NCBI GenBank assembly: GCA_051530055.1
Contig: JBMGUZ010000033.1
Span: 1 to 30,009 of the forward strand
From: Neoechinorhynchus agilis
Lineage: Eukaryota; Animalia; Acanthocephala
DNA length: 30,009 nt
Direction: 5' to 3'
How positions within the stretch are numbered: position 1 is the first letter of the stretch; each line of letters opens with the position of its first letter. Under the pieces are notes generated by a model. It searched no databases, was not told the origin of the DNA, and was given only the letters and a program-made list of their open reading frames with translations. Shown here piece by piece: positions 21,650 through 30,009 of the stretch. Made by a program: the position numbers and the translations under genes.

Positions 21650-23620
21650 ATTACCATCTTCATCGAAAAACGATGCCACAAAAAGGACGCAAAGGTACAT
21701 GGATCCAATTCTTATTATCTAACAAACAAAATAAAACGTGTTATAAATTAATATTAGCCTCGATAATAAGTTAACTATTGAAAAATCGTTGGTATTTTTC
21801 CAATCAGCAACGAATTTCATTTTAAATGTCATATTTGTCCAATAAACACTTTAATAGTTAAACAGTCGGTTTTTTCTCTCAGTGTTGTACTCATCGACAT
21901 GAAGGCATTCCATTTCAAAGGAGTGATAATATTTTGGAATAAGTAACTTTCGAGAAATCATTTCTTGATTTTCAAGATAGACAATCTCGTTTGACACCAA
22001 TTCTGCTTCTCGTTTACTTAAACATTTTCTCCGCTTTAATGTCAAGAATATGACGGTTACAAGGATTCATTGGATTTATCATTATTGGTCCAATTCGATC
22101 AGCTTAGCGTTTCCTATCATTTAGAAGCTTCATTATAGTAGTTCGAAAACTAAAGTTCAATCGCTCTTCCATCGGAGCCTTTAAGTAGACTCACATTCCA
22201 ATCTAACAACCTCAGATTCTATCGTAAGCATTTTTCCTGCTTTTGTTTGAAGTCTGCAATCCTCAGAATAAGACACTTTTGAGAATGAAAAGGGCACGGA
22301 GAAATGCGTGATTTTATCGAACGGGAGAATGTTCATCCATCAGTTGAACGAAGTTGGATTATCCGAGATTATCGATCTTAGTGATTTATGAGTGATCGCT
22401 CCATTGCGCATCCTTCGAACGTCAGGAACATCCAAATGTTTGTTGAAAAAGACCAAGAACGGACGACGGGAACCATTTTCGAGCCCAATTAAGAAATTTG
22501 TGTCGAGTTCTCATTATGGGATTGATCTGCCTGCATACCGTATCGAATATCAACCACACACAACCTTGTGACGGACGTGACGAATGGTCACATTTAATGC
22601 ATGTGACGGATGTCACATTCCTCCCGTTCCCTTTTGTTTTAAAAGTTCATTATGAAATCCTGAAATCTTTTTGGGGGTCTCCGAACTCTTTGATTGCGAC
22701 GCAACAATGGTTCGACACCTTCGCTTCTCTCTTCGTCACCCGACCGCGATTTCGACACTACTTCCAACTTCGTTGGATGCGCTGTTCCCTGTCGTTGTTG
22801 TTTGATTCGTCTCGTATTTTTCTCTCTGATTGTTAGAATGGTCAACTGATGGTCACTATGAGCCTTTACGATGACCGTGTTATTTCGGACTCTGTACGAT
22901 GACCAGTTTGATCTATCCAACACTCGTGCCTTAGTCCCCTCATTCGGAAAAAATTCTCTGGGCTTGGCTGTTACATCGTGTCTCGATTTTTACTGTTTTC
23001 GATATATTGTTGTTTTACATGTTGGTTTCAATCGATCCAACATTGTTGGCAGCCTCCTTCCATACAGCATAACCGCCGGGGATTTGCCTGTTGCGCTGTG
23101 CGGCGTGTTTCTGTATGATAAGAGAAATTGTTGTACCCTCAACGATCGATCCTGCGGATGCGTTACTTTTCTTCTTTGATTCCACCCTCGTCGCCATTTG
23201 TCGAGCTCTCATAATGCGATTGATCTGCCTGCATACCGTATTGAATAGTAAGTGTATTTTATTGATCAACACACCACTACCAAACCAAAACGCACTTATA
23301 TCAACCGCACACAACCTTGTGACGGACGTGACGAATGGTCACATTTAACGCATGTGACGGATGTCACAAGTTGAACGAACTTGGATTCTCCGAGATTATC
23401 GATCTTAGTGATTTATGAGTGATCGCTCGAAATTTGTTACAAATCAAAGTTGTTTGAACGATTCTTCCAGAAAAGAAGAATAAAAAATATTCCGAGATCG
23501 CTGAAATTTTTAGTCTTGCTTTCATCGAGAAACGCTTTAAGCTTTATTTACTTTTGCATTATTGTTCGGTTTGATCTTCTGGAAAGGCAGTTGAAGTGCT
23601 TGCTCCGTTCGCGTTCAACG
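21650..23620 (+). pseudogene. piwi: Duplicate of the 1337-2280 PIWI fragment, split by an LTR element (pieces 21650-22500 and 23369-23620)
   Basis: 21750-22500 is nearly identical to 1337-2088, and 23450-23578 matches 2094-2222. The upstream extension KGRKGTWIQFLLSN resembles the PIWI N-terminal G..G..V.L.TN motif. Confidence 0.55.
22501..23368 (-). mobile_element. 868 bp non-autonomous Ty3/Gypsy (Mag-like) LTR element
   Basis: TGT..ACA LTRs at 23199-23368 (170 bp) and 22501-22617 (117 bp). PBS TGGCGACGAGGGTGG at 23182-23196 is complementary to the tRNA-Ser(GCT) 3' end as I recall it. PPT AAAAGGGAACGGGAGGAA at 22618-22635. Integrase tail RNTPHSATGKSPAVMLYGRRLPTMLDRLKP and LRRNQRVRRPPKRFQDF. 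Confidence 0.92.
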
Positions 23621-23649
23621 AAATATCTTTAATCCTCTAGTTAATCATT

Positions 23650-24520
23650 GGCACTCTGATTGCTCAGGACCAATTGAAATTATACAACTTATAGAAAATT
23701 TGCTGCTTTTCGCCCATGGAGAACTTGTTTTTATCCGCCAGGATGTTGTAGTTACGTGGCTGAATTTTGAGTAACTCGTTGTGCCACAATATAGAAATGC
23801 CTTGATCGCTCCACGGTCAAAAATTCTGCCCACGACAAGAAAGCCGTTGGGATTGGCCATAGGTTTGTTTGGACTGCCCAATGTGAAAAATCGAAAATTG
23901 ATTCACTTTTTTTACTACAATGTACGTGATTTTTGGCTTCGGCGCTTCGTTTGCACTTCATCCAACTATCATACTCATCGCTATGAGGATTTGTTGACAT
24001 TCACTCATCCCAATGTATCCGAGCTGGCCGTCGCCAATTCCGTCGCTGTAAACAATGCTGTCATCGTGATTTTTGTACCGGCTGATCGCTTCTGCTATGC
24101 ACATTGTCAAACATGTGACCAACTCCTGTCACAGAGATTGCATGAAACATCGTGAGTAACATTTTGAAAAGGTCTAATTTAAAGAACAAACCACTGGTGA
24201 AATTGGAGGCGATATCGTTGTCCTCTGGTCGGATAAATTATCACTCGTCGCTGGTCAATAATCGTAAGCGACGCGAAGTCGCAAGATAAGTTCATTGGTT
24301 TTTGCCAATCGCTCTTATTCTTAATTCATCGAGCGAATTTCGGCGATTGAACTTTCAACATTCGTTACGGGATTGATCAAAGTTTGAGTGAGGATTCCGG
24401 TTGCGCCTTTCATTGAACGTTTTTGGGCCTTCCAATTTATCACTGCATCCAAATACGATAATTGTCAACAATTTCGCTTTGTTGATTGCGTTGTTCAAAT
24501 TCATTTCAAAGAGGCAAAGT
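23650..24520 (-). pseudogene. piwi: Duplicate PIWI MID-PIWI pseudogene
   Basis: 23667-24571 is near-identical to 3936-4845, including IVYSDGIGDGQL and the same stops. Confidence 0.92.
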
Positions 24521-24689
24521 AGGGGACTCCTTTTTTCCTCTGTTACGTGATTGGTCTTGGTTCAATTCAGTTCAAATTCACATGTTAAGGCGTCCATAAT
24601 AATTCGAGGTATACGGCCTTGAGCTTTTTCGTTGTGGTTAAAGCGCGTTGGTAACATTTTCCTTTATTTCTTACCACCTGACAACAACT

Positions 24690-25200
24690 TTCTTCATGCT
24701 CTTCCCTTCTCTTGGTAGCACAAAAACTTGCAGTCCTAAAACTTCACATACCTCTCCGCCCCGTTTATCTCCCAAAAGTCGTCCTCAGCCATACAATCTT
24801 TCCATCATTTTCTCGGCCTTCCGCGCTTCCTGGTCCCTTCGATTTCCATTTCCTCAACTTTTCGAATAAATCGATTCGGCGGCTTTTCTACTCCATCCAT
24901 CCGCTATTCATTCTCAATGAATTCTGGGCGGTGAATCGTTTTGCATCGACACTATAAAGCCGAGGAACTCGAATTTGTCGAATTTCTGCAGCTGTGTCTC
25001 TTGAAGGAAAATTCTTGGAAATTTTTAGGTCTTGACTTTCCAGAGCATCCTTCCATTTCTCTAGGTCATTGTTGAGATTCTGGGAATTATAGCTGGAGAG
25101 ACTGATGTCGTCGGCGAAAAGCATGTTCCATGGCGAACCTTTGCTGATTTTATCCATAGTGACTAAAAACAAATAAGGGCTCAAAGCTGAACCGTTCACC
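24690..25200 (-). mobile_element. RTE-clade LINE RT and C-terminal fragment with internal deletions
   Basis: GSALSPYLFLVTMDKI..PWNMLFADD..DLEKWKDALE..LKISK, KFDKFEFLG, EMEIEGTRKRGRPRK*WKDC. Confidence 0.88.
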
Positions 25201-25248
25201 GGGAAGCTAAGTGGTTAAACCACATTGGTAACATTTTCCTTTATTTCT

Positions 25249-26385
25249 AAATTTGGACCATTTATTTGTATGCACGTCTGTTTCGACTGGTAGTGCAGCT
25301 TGTTTAATTCATCCAACGAAGTTGTGTCATATAGACGAAGAATAGAACAGACAAGTATTCCAAAGATATTTCTGTCCATCCTATATGGCAGCTCATACCG
25401 TATTGGACTTTCGGTTTTCCATATGCCAATATTATGAATAGGATTTGAATTACTATCAAGAAGATTCACGACCGTTGAAAAAGCAACCACAGCTACGTTG
25501 CTTTGTGTTATTGGAACTGTTAAATCAAGGAACTGGTTCAAATCCGTCTTATTGAAACATAGCCGAAATTGTGTAAAAAGACTCTCAACTGAGACGTCTT
25601 CTAAATCTAGATTCAAGGCAATGCCCCACCCATCATGGCGAGCGCATCCAAACATAGTCATCACTTCGACAATAGCCTGCTTGTCCTTTGTACGGATCGG
25701 TGGAATACTGAGAAAATCAAGTACATTCCCCATATCAACGTTAACTACAGTAACTGGCAATTCTGGTAATTTGGCCCTTGCTCTCGACAGAATAGCTGCG
25801 TGAAGTTGGTCCAATGTCGAATGCTCGTAACAGGCACTTATCATCCCCATCATAATGGGATCATTTACCACAGTAAGATATCTTTCAAGTCTAAGCGTTG
25901 ATGCATTATCTCTATAAACCCAATCGATAGTTACTGGTCTTTGCTTTTTGATTATAATGTAGTCATTAGTTCGGACAGGTCGCAGTGCTGAGATCATTGA
26001 ATATACATTTGGAGTCGCAATTGTTGACGTCTTCCAAAGTGTATTAAATGATTCACTTACTAAGCCATTCTCATTCTCTGAGGCTGTTTGGACATATAGT
26101 CCGATGGCAAGTGATTCAATAATCTTGGCAGCAGGTAAATTAACTGCTGAATTGTCGATAGCGCACCAGACAGATAGTTTAGAGTAACGTGAGACGCACC
26201 GTAGCGTTCGATGACCGTTAACTCTCTACTTGGCGTTTCAAGTTTAGTTGAGATTGACTGTGTATTTGCCTTGCTGATGTTTGCTGCCTCAATGTTGTGT
26301 GCTGTTTTACCTAGCACTCTTCGTCTAAAGCTGCTTCTTGCTCGTCCTCTCCGTCGAGAGGGGGTCCAAATGAGTTTCTGTACTA
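25249..26385 (-). other. Inserted coding segment of unknown origin (about 310 codons open, plus an upstream frameshifted part); candidate endogenous viral element
   Basis: Absent from the paralogous site near 5020-5036. The frame is open from about 26200 to the junction at 25249 (ORF track 25215-25997 runs into flank). Intronless, truncated at both ends, with no TE or PIWI motif recognised. Confidence 0.5.
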
Positions 26386-26389
26386 ATTA

Positions 26390-26906
26390 ATATTTTAGAA
26401 GATTGGTATTGAACGAAAAAAGAAAGATTTGATTCATCCGCGATCTCGATATATCTTAAGTTAAGCCCTACATTGCTGACTTGCCTCGAACATTGTCTTG
26501 GAGTATTTTGGTAATGAAACGACTGAGAATCCAAAAAGCATCCGATATAATAACGAAATATAATTGACTTCCGTTAATGTATTCTCACTTCAGAGCTTGA
26601 ATGCTTTTGGTATTGGACATTAACAATCCACATACTGGATTATTCATGCCGATCGACGATAGTATTTTACGACTCAGCGGTGTAAATGTTATTCAACGCC
26701 TTATCATGGCCAAAAAGATAAACATTCGGACTTCTACGCCCTCTTCTTGGAATCTAAGATCATAGCATAATGTCTTGGTATGTGTGGATTTCATTGGAAT
26801 AATTATTCCTTATTATGAAATTCACATTTAATAGATTTTCGAATTGATGATAAGACATCTTTTATTGATTATTAAGAACCAGTTTTAGTTTACGATGAGC
26901 CTCCTT
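26390..26906 (+). pseudogene. PIWI-like N/L1/PAZ fragment
   Basis: 26391-26611 duplicates 5037-5254, and 26620-26906 is the reverse-complement paralogue of 5340-5580. Reads GLFMPIDDSILRL, DFIGIIIPYY and FRIDDKTSFIDY*EPVLV (cf. YRIDD, SF.DYY, QPLLV). Confidence 0.5.
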
Positions 26907-27021
26907 ATTGTTCTTTAGCCTTTGCCAAGAAGGAGGCTCATTGGAAACTAAAACTGGTTCTTAATAATCAATAAAAGATGTCTAATCATCCATTCGAAAA
27001 TCTATTAAATGTTAATTTCAT
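26815..27021. repeat. Fold-back inverted repeat (hairpin 3)
   Basis: Arms 26815-26906 and 26930-27021 pair at 87/92 positions around a 23 nt loop. Confidence 0.95.
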
Positions 27022-27044
27022 TGGAGGCTCATTCCCAATGAGCT

Positions 27045-27320
27045 GCAATGATGAAGGAAATGGCGTTATATCACATACATTGGGAAGACGGAGCGACCGC
27101 TGTACAAACGAGTTACACGGAGCATGTTCGTAATGTCCTCAACCCCAGTACGACAGCATACGCAGCCACACCTTGGGCGGAACACCATTCGCGGTGCCAT
27201 TCAGGCTGCGAGGTGAACCTCTTTACCAAGATCATTTATTAAGCCCGAGATCCGGTAGATTTAGCGATAGCGGCGGTGCTGTTGATTTCGGGAGAGGCGA
27301 CGGGTTCGAATCGGGAAGGA
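27045..27320 (+). mobile_element. Penelope-like element GIY-YIG endonuclease fragment
   Basis: YIGKTERPLYKRVT / EHVRN..PWAEHHSRCH..LAIA (cf. YIGETGRPL..R..EH..SAVAEH..EA). Confidence 0.75.
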
Positions 27321-28039
27321 ACTGAGGATGAGGACGAACGGATGCATCTCATCAACAACAGGGGTGAGCAATTGGAGTCGATGCGGATTTTGTTATCTGT
27401 TTTGTGTCTCAGCGTTAATTACGGGGTCCATGGAACCTAAGAATTCCTGTTTTCGCCAGGGAGAAAAACCTATCACAAACCTCACATAATCCTGTTGAGA
27501 AGCTCCATCGTGTGGTACCCTTGGCTGACGAAGTTGAACTAATCACATTAACGTTGTTCTTTTCACTTGGCTCGTTTTGGGCGGGCACGTTTCCGTCTTC
27601 GTATTGTGGTCTAGCATCCAGGTTCCGAGCAAAGCGAAGAACATGCCGTCCCTTCGCTTCGCTCGCGGTGGTGGAGGCGGCATCGGTGTCGTCTTTTTTT
27701 ATAAAAATTATTTATAACAAAAATAATTCCCTACAATTGAAAAATCAAACAAGCTTGGACCGAGTTGGATAACAACAAAATTACACTCTCCGCGAAGGAC
27801 TGGAATCCAACCAGACAATTATATGGAAATGACACCATTCACGTTATAAATCCCACAGACAGATCAAAAATCATCTATAAGGCAACAACATCATCTATAC
27901 TAATCCCGTGAACAAACGATCAAATCTCATAATAAGAGCCTTTGTTATCTCAATTTTTTACTTTACTCTATGCGTTGTGTTCCGTCAAGGTAAACGTTAT
28001 CCCTAAATACCTTTTGTTATTTCGCTGCTACTTATAAGC

Positions 28040-28380
28040 CGATTCAGGGAAGAGGAATCTGAGCTCTTATGACTTCTGAGCATGCCGAATTATGCCACGG
28101 GATTTGTTATATGTCAATAGTTTCATTATTTATTTCCTGATCTCTCGGCTCGGAGATTAGCCTTATGGACGCAATTGAGTTATTTTTCGGCACATCGCTA
28201 TGTTCCCTCGGGAAAAAGAAGATGGGTTTTTTCATTGCAATCGGAGCAATTCTGCGCAGTTTAACAGCAAAAATTTAAATAAAAGGATCGCTGAAAAAGT
28301 AGAGATGCTGCTTCGCTCGACTCAGTTAGGCTGCTGTATATCTTGTGGCGCAGAAGCGATCGTTCATTAACTCCAATTGT
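28040..28380 (+). mobile_element. CRE-clade RT fragment, paralogue of 12250-12500
   Basis: The reverse complement aligns with 12250-12480 at DNA level. Reads AIELFFGTSLCSLGKK..IAIGAILRSLTAKI..QLGCCISCGAEAIVH. Confidence 0.8.
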
Positions 28381-28399
28381 TCATAACCGGAAACTCAAA

Positions 28400-29690
28400 G
28401 CCGTGCGTGATTCGGAACCAAAATTTTCTTCTAATCTTGGCAGTCTCGGAATTACATGCTTCGATAAACGATTTTTTAACAACTGAGTACTTGGGTAAGG
28501 GACAGGCAACCCATTAACATCTATAACCATGTTTTCCTTCGCTTCGTTATTTATGAATTCCTCCACAAAAAGAGGAGCAGAAACTAAACTGACCTTTTCC
28601 GCATCACATTTCATGTCCATATCCACACCTAGCCTGTCATCCGGAGGATCAGGGGGTTTGGATAATCCCAAAACATTAGAATCGACCGGAGCACAATTTT
28701 TACTGAAAAAATTTGCGCGCATGCCCCGAATTCCTGTTCCAGAGTAACCGGGTTCAAATCTGCGATCGCCAATGACGCACAACCAAACATAATGAAATAC
28801 TGCTAAAGGATGAAATTCACTGATGATTCCCGCCTTCTGGAGATACCTGAGGATCTGGAGGGATGTACAAACTCTTAACAATGCATTGGAGACTATGTGG
28901 TTATATCACTTCTATGATGTAATTGGTTTGGCTTTATGCCTAAAAAATAAGACGGGTATAAGGGACAAGCTAAATTTAATGATGTTATTTCCTCCAAATC
29001 AATTCGCATTTGAAAGATTGAGCGGTTGGAGAATCGTCAGAGCGTATGATATGGCGAGTTTTTAAAAAGCTCATACTATATTTCGGAGCGACGTACATAA
29101 ATTCGCGAGGACCGGAAAGTAGTAGATTATACAATTCTTGATCGCTCATCCATAATGCTAATGAATTCTTAGTCTTAGGCAGAGCTTCGTTCGTATATCC
29201 ATTCACATTGTTACACTCATAACGGTCAGAGGAACCCAATATTGCTCAATTCCGAGACACGAAGAAACTCGACTATATCACATCCAACGATTAATTCAAG
29301 TTAAGTCTCACCCTTTCGAAGCTCAACTTATTGCGGAAACCTTAATCTGCCCGAACAACTCACGAGTAGAGGACGACACCTCGGACTGAGGCACAAAAGG
29401 AAAATGAACCAATTATCAATTTCGGTCTACAAACATTGGGCAAATGATATTAATTTAGGCATGAGCCTTGGCGATAGCCGACACTCGTCGCATCCATGCA
29501 AGACTACCACTAGAAAGACTTTGAGCAAGCAGACTACATGGCTCCTTTTTACAAATTAATTATTTTCGGACTGAGGCAGAAAAGGAAAATGACCCAATTA
29601 TCAATTTAGGTCTACAAACATTGGGCAAATGATATTAATTTAGGCATGAGCCTTGGCGATAGCCGACACTCGTCGCATCCACGCAAGACT
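28400..29690 (+). pseudogene. Decayed PIWI fragment (PAZ, L2, MID)
   Basis: YEFLHKKRSRN*TDL (cf. EYYRKQYNQEITDL), APNSCSRVTGFKSAIANDAQPNIMK (cf. [22 protein letters not shown]), MLFPPNQF (cf. RVLPPEKI), QTLGK (cf. RTLGK). In order, but needs several frameshifts. Confidence 0.45.
29381..29690 (+). repeat. 125 bp direct repeat pair with a 60 bp spacer
   Basis: 29381-29505 and 29566-29690 differ at only a few positions. Confidence 0.95.
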
Positions 29691-30009
29691 GTATTGCAAT
29701 TATAAATTTTATTAGCAACGTTAGACGTCTAAAATCCAATTAGTTAGGACCCAACGTAGTGACCAAAGTTTAAGTTTTGATGAAATCCGATTTAAATCGG
29801 TTATAGAATTTGCTAGTTAAAAATCTCATAGACTACTGGGATTTGGAATTAACTTTATTTCTCGTGAAAAATACGGCAGCCAATCCCCTGCACATATCTT
29901 TTGCATTTTTAATTAAAACAGCGCTTTAGAAAGGCCAATTAATTCTTTGGGTTCACTCGAATACGGACGTTTGCTGATAAATACCGTGATTTGCCGGAAA
30001 GCAAATCGA

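Noticed and set aside
27380-28040. Short ORFs and a GC-richer patch after the Penelope fragment
   Set aside because: No recognisable motif in any frame; left unannotated.
28381-28881. 166 aa minus-strand ORF, first considered a viral methyltransferase or capping-enzyme fragment
   Set aside because: Viral motif matches were vague, and the opposite strand gives ordered PIWI PAZ-L2-MID matches. It is probably a shadow ORF, but a blastx is needed to exclude it.
29381-29690. CRISPR-like repeat-spacer array
   Set aside because: Only two units of 125 bp, in a eukaryotic context with no cas genes.

Overview
AT-rich eukaryotic DNA, probably from an invertebrate animal (inferred from its mix of CRE, RTE, CR1/L2-group, Penelope, Helitron and Ty3/Gypsy elements and PIWI-clade Argonautes). 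No rRNA, tRNA gene or CRISPR array was seen. Only one ORF looks intact (7610-9094, minus, 494 aa, unrecognised). Translating through stops and frameshifts by hand shows that much of the rest is a graveyard of about a dozen decayed, apparently intronless PIWI fragments in both orientations. The PIWI-domain copies at about 3860-4790 and 23650-24520 are unambiguous; the N/L1/PAZ/L2/MID fragments are less certain. These are interleaved with transposon fragments, a miniature LTR element and a long unidentified, possibly viral ORF. Three long fold-back inverted repeats (46, 154 and 92 bp arms, 95-98% identical) appear to be built from PIWI coding sequence, and PIWI paralogues sit as inverted pairs. 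My main hypothesis is a piRNA-cluster-like locus that can make dsRNA or antisense small RNA against the PIWI family itself. A block at about 1.3-5.3 kb is repeated at about 21.7-26.6 kb. Protein assignments are by-eye motif matches to remembered family consensus, not database searches, and most pseudogene boundaries are approximate.
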